Shown here in pieces: positions 49,134 to 58,899 of a stretch of DNA of 64,000 bases. Source of the stretch: Balamuthia mandrillaris (Eukaryota); NCBI GenBank assembly GCA_031835245.2, contig JAVKOQ020000031.1:62001-126000 (forward strand). The letters run 5' to 3'. Under the pieces are notes generated by a model that saw nothing but the letters and a program-made list of their open reading frames with translations, ran no database searches and was not told the DNA's origin. How positions within the stretch are numbered: position 1 is the first letter of the stretch; each line of letters opens with the position of its first letter. A program made the position numbers and the translations under genes.

Positions 49134-50671
49134 ATGGAGGGCCAAGCCTTTGGTGGTTTGTTGAGGGCACTGCAGCAAAATAAACACACCAAACGACCTG
49201 TTATAGAGGTTGAGTCGGATGAAGAAAGTTCCTTTGAGGAAGAAGTATCCGATGGTAACAACCGCTCTTTTCTGCATCATTTTCTTCCCTTCGTCGGGCT
49301 CTTCGCTTCAGCGTTCTCTTTGTGGTTCTTTGCATCGTTCTCTTCCCAACGCTTCTCATGTTCTAAAATCCTTTTTTCATTCTCCCTTCCAAAGTGGGAG
49401 AAGAGCTTTGGTCCTACGTAGAAGCCATCCAACAAGGCGTTTTCGCCCTAGCCGACCGTTGGGAGTTCTCCATGCTGCCTGCTCTTCATATCCCCGAACT
49501 ATCTTCCTCCTCGTTCTCTGGGTGGCTGCCCCTGCCTCTTGATGACACCAACCACCTGCAGACCCTCAAATCCGTCTGCGAGCAAGCTCCCTTTGGACGC
49601 GGGGAGGAAACACTGGTGGACCCCTCCTACCGTAACACCTGGCAGCTCTCTCCCGACCGCTTTGTCATTCACAACCCAAAGTGGCAGCCTGCCATGAATG
49701 GCTTGGCCAGGAGATGTGCAGAGCGGCTGGGCCATCCTCGGCCGAGCAGGGTCCAACCTCACCTCTACAAGCTGTTGCTTTATGAGACTGGAGGCTTCTT
49801 CAAGACTCACAGGGACACGGAGAAGGAGGAAGGTATGTTTGCCTCGATGGTGGTGCAGCTGCCCTGCCGCTATGAGGGTGGACAGCTGGTGGTGCACCAT
49901 GCGGGCCAGACCAAGAGCTTTGATGAGATGAGCATGGGAGCAGCTTACACGCTTTATCACTACGCTGCTTTCTACGCGGACTGTCCACATGAGCTATTAC
50001 CAGTGACAGAGGGTCATCGTCTCTGCCTTGTTTACAATCTCGTCTGTAGTCCCACTTCTTCTTCTTCCGTGTCTCTTCCTCAACCTCCCGAACATCTACC
50101 TCTAATAAGAGATATCCAACGAGTGCTCAGAGTATGGCATCGCAAGGCAATGGACGACGAGGATGTACCAGAACAGCTTGTTTTCATGTTGGACCATAAG
50201 TACTCCAAGGCTGGCCTCAAATCCTATGAGAACCTCAAAGGTAGAGATCGTACCATCTTTGACCTTCTTCGCGAAGCCATTGCAACTCTGCATGGCGATG
50301 AGGAAGAAGAAGACCCTCCCTTCTTGCTGGACATAGGGATGGTGAAGTTGTTTGAAGCTGGGGCGGCATCGGTTGAATTTGAGGCCGATACCAGCGATTA
50401 TTCGTTCGTGGGTGTGAGCTACGACCTCGTTGACTTGCTGGAGAGTGATATACTGCCGGAGGACTTCTTTCTGAGGCTGGAGCACGACACCGAAGAAGTG
50501 AAATACGGATACATGGGCAACGAGGGCGCCACAGCCGAACGATGGTATCACTACGGCGGCATTTGCTTGTGGCCCGTGAAGCAAAAGAAAAAACACAAAC
50601 GCGCAAGGAAAAGGGTGATGACGGACCATCCAATAAAAAATCAAACCTATTTTCGTGTCGTCGTGAAGTAG
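49134..50671 (+). CDS. 2OG-Fe(II) oxygenase (one intron)
   Basis: APFGRGEETLVD..RNTWQL, LYKLLLYETGGFFKTHRDTEK (HxD), YEGGQLVVHH, AAFYADCPHELLPVTEGHRLCLVYNL, YMGNEG..ERWY. Confidence 0.9.
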
Positions 50672-50677
50672 TCCCGC

Positions 50678-50706
50678 TGACGTCACAGTGGGAATTTCTG
50701 ACGTCA
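50678..50706. promoter_or_regulatory. Two CRE/ATF-type palindromes TGACGTCA
   Basis: At 50678-50685 and 50699-50706, about 225-250 bp upstream of the ATG at 50930. Function inferred. Confidence 0.5.
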
Positions 50707-50929
50707 TCCAGCAGGAACCAAAAAAAAAATTAAAGAAAAACGTAGCAGACTTTGAAACTCCACTCCCTCCTCTCTTTTGCCAACACGCCGCAGGGTTACC
50801 CCACGAAAGGTACTACGTTTGTGTGTAGGGGTGTGTGTGTTTGTTTGTTTGTTTCTTGTTGTTTGGTAAGTGGCTAAGTAGCGCTTTGTTTTTTTCCCCC
50901 CTCTTTTTTTTTCGTGAGGTAGCAACGCG

Positions 50930-52954
50930 ATGTCTTTTCCCATTTCCACCAATCCGTTCGAAGCCATCTTGGCGCTCGAAGAAAGGGCCAAGAGCAATAA
51001 TAATAACAACAAGAACAAGAAAGCGCAGCCCAAAAAGCAGAACAACAACAAGGGAAAACAACAACCTCGCTCCCAAACGCACGCAGCGACCAAAAAAAGT
51101 AGCAACAACGCTGCTGCCAGCAGGAAGAAGAAGAACGGGAAGCAAAACAACAACTCTCCTTCCAAAGCTCCTGCTGGCACTCCGACGCAGCCAGCCACCT
51201 CTACTCCCTCGGGCGTGGAAGCTCCACCATCAGTTGCTGTCGCTGATGGTACCCGTGGTAACACGCTTCCTGTGCTTGAGCCAGTAGAAGAGGAGCTGTG
51301 GTGGGAGTCTGTGAAGGAACAGATAGCCAGAGAGGAAGCCCAACTGCAGCGACGAGAACATGAGGAGGAAGAGTGGCAAGTCGTTCCTAGCAAGGGCAAC
51401 CCCAGAGCACAAGGCAAAAAAACCGCTGCCAACCAGCCCTTAACAAAGGCCCAGAAGAGAAACTTGGCTAGAAAGAAGAAGCGAGAACTGCAAAAGGCGG
51501 TTGCGGGAGACTCTTCAGCGGGTGATGATGATGCTCCGGAAGAGCCAGGAGAAGAGAGCTCGTTGCTGATCGTCGAAAGACAAGACCAACCCCAGCAACA
51601 ACCGGAGCAAGCACCGTTCGAAGTCCCTGAAGGTTTACCGCCAGAAAACAAGGAGAATCAACGGGCACAAGGGCATCCACAAGAAAATGGTGGCGACTTT
51701 GAGGAAGATAAGCGAAGCAACAACAAAACTCGCAACAACAAACAACAACGTCAACGACCTCAATTCTCAACTCCTGCAGAACCGCTCATTCCTTACGTCA
51801 AGATAACGAAGCTTTCAGATGGAAATGCGTTCGATTTGTTGGGCAAGTTGGCGGAACAGGAAGAGAAAAAAGCTCAGAATCAGCAGTCGACGAAGCAAAA
51901 GAAGAAAAAGAAGAATAAGAAGAACAACGCACGGAAGAAGGCGACATACACGGAACCAACTTCGAACGAAAAGGAAAAGGAAAAGACAAAGGAAAAAGAA
52001 AAGGTAAAGGAAATGGACAAGGAAATGGGAAAAGAAAAGGAAAAGAAGGTGGAAGAAAACCATACGAACAATAACATTAGCAACGCGGATCTTCAAAGAA
52101 AGCGTGAGGCACAAACGATACACGCATCAGTGCGCCACCATCCAGCCCCTGGTTTACCATTACCGCCCTCAATAACACAAAAGGAAGAAACAGAAGCGGA
52201 GAATAATCGCACTTACGTCATTCCTCTTCGTAGAAACGGTGAGGCTTCATATTCTCAAGAACCCGAAACACAACAACGTGAACAAGATGACCAATCTTTC
52301 ATTTATAACACCACCAACGATGGAGAACGGGTATGGCAGCGGCGGAGTAATCGAGGAGAAGGAGGTAGGGGAAGAGCAGAACGTCCACAATTGTGGCATT
52401 CTTCTGGAAGGGGTTATGATGGTGGTCGTGGACGAGGACGAGCAGGACGTGGTCGCGGAGGCTATGACACCAACAATCACACTTTACACCCGTCTTCTCA
52501 TTCGGATTATTCTGCCTCTTCTTCAAATCATGCTGGTCATCAATACTATCAACGACGCCCCTATCGTGGAGGAGGGTATCCTCATCACCATCATGATTAC
52601 CACGAAACCACTCGTCGTTTCCGCCGTGAGTACAATGACTATTTGGAGGAAATGGAACAGGTGGACGCCACCATGAACGAACGAGACAACCCCACTACCT
52701 TTGGAGCGAGCACCACAACGACAACCACTTTATTCGCCAAAGGCCTGGTGGTGAGAGAGGAAGAAGAAGACTTGCCGCCCGTGTTCAGCGAGTTGGTGAA
52801 GCAGGAGGTGGGTGGCGATTTGAGCAAATTGGGGTTGGACTTTTTGGATGATGACGATGATGACTATGATGATGACGACGATGAGGAGGAGGATGTTGCC
52901 GAGACGTTACGCGGAGGAGGAGACGTGAAAGAAGAAAAACTTCTTTTTGTTTAA
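50930..52954 (+). CDS. Intronless low-complexity/disordered protein with RG/RGG tract, 674 aa
   Basis: Long ORF; NPFEAIL and NAFDLL motifs, EWQVV, GGRGRGRAGRGRGG, acidic end. RNA binding is inferred only. Confidence 0.75.
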   Translation: MSFPISTNPFEAILALEERAKSNNNNNKNKKAQPKKQNNNKGKQQPRSQTHAATKKSSNNAAASRKKKNGKQNNNSPSKAPAGTPTQPATSTPSGVEAPPSVAVADGTRGNTLPVLEPVEEELWWESVKEQIAREEAQLQRREHEEEEWQVVPSKGNPRAQGKKTAANQPLTKAQKRNLARKKKRELQKAVAGDSSAGDDDAPEEPGEESSLLIVERQDQPQQQPEQAPFEVPEGLPPENKENQRAQGHPQENGGDFEEDKRSNNKTRNNKQQRQRPQFSTPAEPLIPYVKITKLSDGNAFDLLGKLAEQEEKKAQNQQSTKQKKKKKNKKNNARKKATYTEPTSNEKEKEKTKEKEKVKEMDKEMGKEKEKKVEENHTNNNISNADLQRKREAQTIHASVRHHPAPGLPLPPSITQKEETEAENNRTYVIPLRRNGEASYSQEPETQQREQDDQSFIYNTTNDGERVWQRRSNRGEGGRGRAERPQLWHSSGRGYDGGRGRGRAGRGRGGYDTNNHTLHPSSHSDYSASSSNHAGHQYYQRRPYRGGGYPHHHHDYHETTRRFRREYNDYLEEMEQVDATMNERDNPTTFGASTTTTTTLFAKGLVVREEEEDLPPVFSELVKQEVGGDLSKLGLDFLDDDDDDYDDDDDEEEDVAETLRGGGDVKEEKLLFV

Positions 52955-53036
52955 AACTGTTAATTAATTGGAGAAAAGTAATTATTAAAACATTTTTTAT
53001 TTATTAAAATAAAATAAAAAGACTAAAACAAAAACG

Positions 53037-53627
53037 ATGAACGAAACAACAACCGGAGAGAAGCACACAACCAAGGTGGAGAACGGCGGGAGTGGCATTT
53101 GGGTCAAAGCGGCCCGCTCGAGGTATGGCACTGTGGCGGGAGGAGGTGCAGGGGGAGATCGCTCCGCCGATGGGGGAGGCAAGAGGAGGGCCACGCTGGA
53201 CACCAAAACGAGGTCGCTCTCGATGGCGAACCTGAATAGCTCACGAGAAGCAAAGAAAGAGGAAGAAGGAGAAGTGGTTCAACAGCAAAACCCCAGCAAC
53301 GGTGTGGAAGAGGCTAGAGAAGAAGAAGAAGAGACAAACACAACCACCACTCCTCCAAAGAAGAAGAAGCAGAGAGATAGGAATAAAGCGAGAACGATCA
53401 TTGGAGAGAGAGGAACGGCGCTGCAGAAGCTCAAAGAGGCGGAAGAAGAGCTGAAGGACGACGAGCCGGTGCGAGAGGAGAGCGGACGGGACCCAGAGGC
53501 CGTGGAAAGGAGGATCACTATGGTGCTGCGTGACATGTGCAAGAACGAGGCCAAGGAACGAATTGCCATCGTGGAGGATGACTTTAGCGTCCGTCTAACG
53601 TTTTCAGACTCTGAAAACGAGGAGTAG
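53037..53627 (+). CDS. Hypothetical protein, 196 aa
   Basis: ORF with A-rich start context (AAAAACGATG) and coding-like composition; no recognised domain. Confidence 0.65.
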   Translation: MNETTTGEKHTTKVENGGSGIWVKAARSRYGTVAGGGAGGDRSADGGGKRRATLDTKTRSLSMANLNSSREAKKEEEGEVVQQQNPSNGVEEAREEEEETNTTTTPPKKKKQRDRNKARTIIGERGTALQKLKEAEEELKDDEPVREESGRDPEAVERRITMVLRDMCKNEAKERIAIVEDDFSVRLTFSDSENEE

Positions 53628-53793
53628 GCTGCTCAAACCTCGAACCAACGCAAGAACCTTTCTTTCTTTTGTGCCAAATCTTCTTTCTTCCCGTTGTTTG
53701 TACATCTTGTTAGGTCAACCTATTTCGAGAAGCTAGCCTAATAGATTCGTAATTATGGTAGACTATGATCGGGAAAAAGTTTAGATTAATCAA

Positions 53794-53828
53794 TCCCATA
53801 ATCAATCTCTTCAAAGCGAAAGTATAAA
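53794..53828 (+). promoter_or_regulatory. snRNA promoter: TCCCATAA upstream element and TATA box
   Basis: TCCCATAA 53794-53801 (about -60) matches the Dictyostelium DUSE WCCCAYAA and the plant USE core; TATAAA 53823-53828 (about -30). Confidence 0.75.
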
Positions 53829-53853
53829 GGGCGAAACCCAACAAATCCCAAAA

Positions 53854-54066
53854 CCATCTTCTCGGCCTATTGGCTCTGATCAAGTGTAGTATCTGTTCTA
53901 TCTAGCTTAATCTCTAGATGACAGTCGTCCTGACTGTCTCTTAGATTAAACTTATTTTTCACCAGGGGGTGTGAGGATTCTTGGTTCGCTGGCTTGCCGG
54001 CTGAACCGCCTCACACCGCGGATCGGCTCTGCATGGCACACCCCGCAGAGTTAATGAAACGGTCCA
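53854..54066 (+). ncRNA. U2: U2 spliceosomal snRNA (ends approximate)
   Basis: CTTCTCGGCCTATTGGCT..GATCAAGTGTAGTATCTGTTCT; stem IIa ATCTAG/CTAGAT, IIb GACAGTC/GACTGTC, IIc complement AGATTAA to loop TTAATCT, U-rich Sm site 53954-53960, stem III with CTTG loop, stem IV GGCTCTGC/GCAGAGTT. Confidence 0.95.
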
Positions 54067-54278
54067 CCCCACCGGATTCCCCTTTCTTTATAAAAAAAAC
54101 AAACAAAAAACTATCGCTCTGCCTCCCTCGTTCTCCATTAGTGTAGAAAACAGCGAACAAAAAGAACAGCGAAACCGTCACAAAACAGTTGGGGGCACGA
54201 TTAATACTCAGACAATTGTCAATTCTTTTAAAATCGATAACAAGAACCTCCAGAGTGACAAATTAACTTTGTAATGTA

Positions 54279-56814
54279 CTAGTAATTGATGACTTGCATC
54301 TCGCTTGGCGCATTTACTTTTGTTTGGCGTTTCTGCCAAAGTACAATGATAACAACTCCCACGATGGCGCCCATTCCAAATAAAGGCACCAACACAGCAG
54401 GAAGCACAATCGATAAAACTCGTTCCTTCTCTTCATCATCATCTTCATTGGCACCATCATCGGAAGTGCCAGAAGAAGTGTACCCATCGTCATAACCATC
54501 ATCGCCATCACCGTCGCCACCATCATCTTCACCTGCGCCGAACAAAACCGAAAAATCAGGATCGTAGAGCAAAGAAACGTTGAAAGGAGGCAACTTCAGC
54601 CGCAATTCCAAAATCGTTGAGAGGTCCTCCTTTACAACAAAGGCCGTTTGTTCCACTTCCTCCATTCTCGCTCCATCCAAGAATGCATTGATGGCCATTC
54701 CCACCTTCACCACGCTCCCTTTTCCATCTTCTTCCATTCCGAAAACGTATCTCTTGACCTTTTCATCCACATCGCTCTCTCCTCTCAACTCTCCTTCCTT
54801 TGCTGTTAAACTCTTTCCTGTGAACTTGACCTCAAATGCACATCCGATTGATGATGAAGAAGCAGCTGCAGCAGCAAATGCTTGGGTCAAAGGTGGACTC
54901 CATTCCATCGCAAAAGATATCTTCACATCATCCAAGTTGAGCGAATACCCATCCACTAAACTAGGGTGATGTAACCAAACAGCGTTGTAGGTCACCTGCA
55001 AGGAAGATGTTATTGCTTGAAGCTGATGCGTGGATGGAGGAATGGAAGTTTCAAGTTCAAGTTTGTCCATCATGTGTTCATATGACAGAACGGTCGAGAG
55101 GGGCAGCTGCGTTGCCCATTGTAATGAAGAGGAGGAGGTCTGAATGGTGTTGAAATGAAAAGAAGAGAGGGACAGATGAACGTTTTCTTGTGGCGGCTGC
55201 TGTTGGGAAGGTGTGAGAGGAAGCACTTCCACTTGAGAGTTGTTTTGGGAGAAAAAAGTTTGCATGTTTCGTTCCTTTGGGAGTGAGCCTATCACAAGAT
55301 TGAGAACCTGGGCTCCGAGTGCTGGAGATAGAAAATAGGGTTGAGAAATTGGCCAAAACCAGAGAGCAAATGACCAAAAAGAATGGTAGAGAGATGAGAG
55401 AGAAAATAGCGAGACCAAAGAAAAAAAAGAAAGGAATGTTGTACGGTTTCCCAGGATGGCAATCAAGACCGAAGAATAAGCAACCGTATCAGGTTGTTTC
55501 ATGTATGCCACTGGAGAGACTGTGGTAATGGTGAAAAACTCGAAATTGAGTGCATATCTGGCGCGGACTTCGTAAAAAGATTCCTCCTTCATCGTCAACA
55601 TTTTACAATTGGAATCAGTTGCGCAGACAAGAAAGTCGGTGGTGCCATCGTGGTCATAGTCCAAAGCGTTTACAATGACATCTTGGCCGTTGAAGGCAGG
55701 GACTTCTGCAACATTTGCCAAAGTCACTGAGCCATTTTCACTTTGTCGAAAAGCAAGACCTCTGATTGAAGCATCTGCATGCACAACAAAGCAAAAAAAA
55801 ATTTTCAGATGAACTGACAACCATAGAGACAACAAGGAGAAGGAGTTGAAAGATGTACCATCCAAGCGGCGCACCAAAGCCTCTGGGAAACCGGTTTCTT
55901 GGGAACATATCCCATGCGCCAACAACTTGTGGTCCAGTTCACCGTCGAAAAACTCTTGTTGAAAAGCCACACTCCCGTTGTTCCAAAAAGTAAAAACATT
56001 TAAAGTAGAGTCTTTTTTTGTGTTTTTGTGTTTTCGTGGGAGCATCCATCAGAAAGCGTGAAGGTACCAACAAAAAAAAGCAAAAAAGAATAAGAAAAAG
56101 AAAAAGAATAAGAATAAGAAAAAGAAAAAGAAAAAGAAAAAGAAAAAGAAAAAGAAAAAGAAAAAGAAAAAGAAAAAAGAAGATGAAGAAAGAATATTCT
56201 TACCTCCCATTGTTAAAACGATGGGCGAATTGAAGGTGATATCTGATGAACAAGGATGTAATGCTAATGATGCGCCTCCTGGTGGAATCGTTCCATTGAA
56301 CTCTACCCAGTCAAAAGCTTGTTGTGGTGGATGGAAAGAAGAGGAAAAGCAGGGGAGGGGGAAAAAAAAGCAAATGGTATGTAAGTGAAACAAAGAAATG
56401 AAAAGTAAAACGATAGAGAAAAAGAGAGAAAAAGGCACACAAAAGCGAGAAAGAACAATGAGAAAGAGAACCAACAAAAGCGAAAAAACAAAGGAGAAAG
56501 GGAGAAGAGAAAGAGAAACGATGAAAGCAAAAGAAGAAAACGCAGTACCAAACTCCTCTTCTCGCAAAAGCCCAACTGCATTGCCAAACATGCCAAGGTT
56601 CGCAAATACATCAGGTCGGTTGTTGCCATCAAGGTCTCCAATGCTAGTGATGGAGATAACTCCCTGATTGGAGGGAAGACCCGCCAGAGGCTCTCTTCGG
56701 TGGACATCCACTCCGTTTTGGGTGAACCACAGTTCGAAAGTGTTATCGTCCTCTGAATAATGACAAGAGTGAGCGGAGAGAAAGAGGGAGAGGGAGAGGG
56801 AGGGAGAGAGAGAC

Positions 56815-56856
<42 letters not shown>

Positions 56857-57075
56857 ACAAAGAATAAGACTTTCTTTGCAAAGAAAGTAAGAGCAAGTGT
56901 GCCCACCTAAAAAAAGAAGTATTTCGGGATATTCGTCGTTGTCCAAGTCGCCCAAGACCGTGTTGGCGGGGGAAAGTCCGGCCACATTATAAGTCCTTCC
57001 AACTTGCTCTCCTTTGTGTTTGTCATTATTGATGAGCTTTACGGAGAATAAGTTGAAAAGACGGAGAGAGAGAAC

Positions 57076-57118
<43 letters not shown>

Positions 57119-57181
57119 TGTACCGCTTATGTGATAAAAGAAGCAGAAAAGAAGCAGAGCCACACAGCGCAAAGCGAACAT
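54279..57181 (-). CDS. FG-GAP-repeat single-pass surface protein with YDPDF (ComC supersandwich-like) domain, copy A
   Basis: Signal MFALRCVALLLFCFF; LGDLDNDEYPEIL, IGDLDGNNRPDVF, LDYDHDGTTDFL; LPPFNVSLLYDPDFSVLF; acidic linker; TM IVLPAVLVPLFGMGAIVGVVIIVLW. Confidence 0.8.
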
Positions 57182-57281
57182 GATCTAGCTTTGTCTGTTG
57201 CCTATTCTTTATTTCTTGTTGCCGATCGTTAATGATGTGGCGTACTAATTAATTTCAACTGCCACTCCGATGGCCCCAATG

Positions 57282-58745
57282 TCACCCATATCGCTTAAGT
57301 AGCCTAAAGCAAGTTGCCTTCGTTTTGTTGGAGCTAAGAGCCACGTAAGCCAACGCATTGGAAAGAAGACGAGAGCCACCGACAGGAGGCACCTCGCACC
57401 CAGCATTGACGGTGACCACCATGCCGTAATGCTCCTCCTTTCGCAGTTGCACCACCAAAGGCACGCCGTCATCCCATTCCGCGATGACCTCTGCGCCTTG
57501 CTCCGGGACTCCCTGACAACGGTACACCTGCCCTATTTCTTCCACTTGGTGCAACGTGGGGTGATTGGGACGCAACGTTGCGCCGAGAGTGCGGTAGACC
57601 AGGTCGCCGCAGCCAGGGATCAAAGGGTGCAGCCCTTCGGAGAGGAAGTCGCCTTTGACGCAGTAGTCGCCGTACGATTGGGTTTTCGGTTTTTGGTTGG
57701 CTGCCCTGGCGATAACCACCCCGCCACGATCTTCTTTGATGTAACGAGCCAACAGGTTACCTGTTGTTGTGAAAAAAGAACCGGACTGAGGAAGAAACAG
57801 AAGGTTCAAAAAAAAAGGCGAGAAAACAACGAACTGGTAGTTTCATTGTTGCGTATGACGCCTCCACCAATGACTAAGATGGCATCAAACTCGCAAAGAA
57901 AGTCAAAGGTTGGGACGGTGCGCATGGCGTAGAGTATAGCCAAGCGCCGTATGCGAAAAGGTATGTTCAAAGAGTTTGTGTAATTGCTGCTGTGTATTAT
58001 TAGAAATGAAAAACTCTAAAAGATCATCATTAGAATGCAGAATGTGCTCAAAGAGAAGGAGAAGAAGAAGAAGAAGAAGAAGAAGAAGAAGAAGAAGAAG
58101 AAGAAGAAGAAGAAGAAGAAGAAGAAGAAGAAGAAGAAGAAGAAGAAGAAGAAGAAGAAGAAGAAGAAGAAGAAGAAGAAGAAGAAGAAGAAGAAGAAGA
58201 AGAAGAAGAAGAAGAAGAAGAAGAAGAAGAAGAAGAAGAAGAAGAAGAACGAAGAACGAAGAACGAAGAAGAAGAACGAAGAAGAAGAAGAAGAAGAAGA
58301 AGAAGAAGAAGAAGAAGAAGAACAAGAAGAAGAAGAAGAAGAACAAGAACAAGAACAAGAACAAGAACAAGAACGAAGTAAAAATGAAAACAAGTACCGC
58401 TACACGAACGCCACAATAGAAGCAATGCCGCCAGTCCACCATTTCGTTGTCCTTGCAACCGCCAAGGAACAGAGGCAGCAACTCTTGGCTCCAAGGCTGC
58501 CCCAACTCCTCCTTGTCTGCATGTGACGCCGCGCGTTTGTCAACAGGCACAGGGGCCAAACCCCCTTCCTTCTTCCTCTCAATGGCGTAGCGGACAAAGA
58601 AGTCCTGCTGGACAAGGTCTCGCGTGGTGGAGCAGGTGCAGGCGAAACAGGCCACGTCTTTGGCATCCTCCAGGAACGTCAGCACCAGAGACAGCAGCTC
58701 GGGTGGTATCCTTTCAAGCAGCCCTCCTCCTCCCTCCTCTTGCAT
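57282..58745 (-). CDS. F-box protein with C-terminal alpha/beta domain (class I glutamine amidotransferase-like, inferred)
   Basis: LLERIPPELLSLVLTFLEDAKDVACFACTC F-box; GNLLARYI..RGGVVIA, PNHPTL, AEVIAEWDDGVPLV, RLLSNALAYVA. Confidence 0.75.
58060..58372 (-). repeat. intronic (GAA)n on plus = (TTC)n on the sense strand
   Basis: Read directly, inside the F-box gene intron. Confidence 0.95.
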
Positions 58746-58899
58746 TCAACTTCTTTCGCTACTGTTCTTGTGTGGTTGAACAACCAAGAGACAATCGGAT
58801 GCTAGCGAATTTGTCCAATTTTTTTCCTGCGGGTGCGCGCGCAAACAAGCGGAGACAGACTTTGCCTTCAACTCTTTATCAATACACACAAATACAGCT

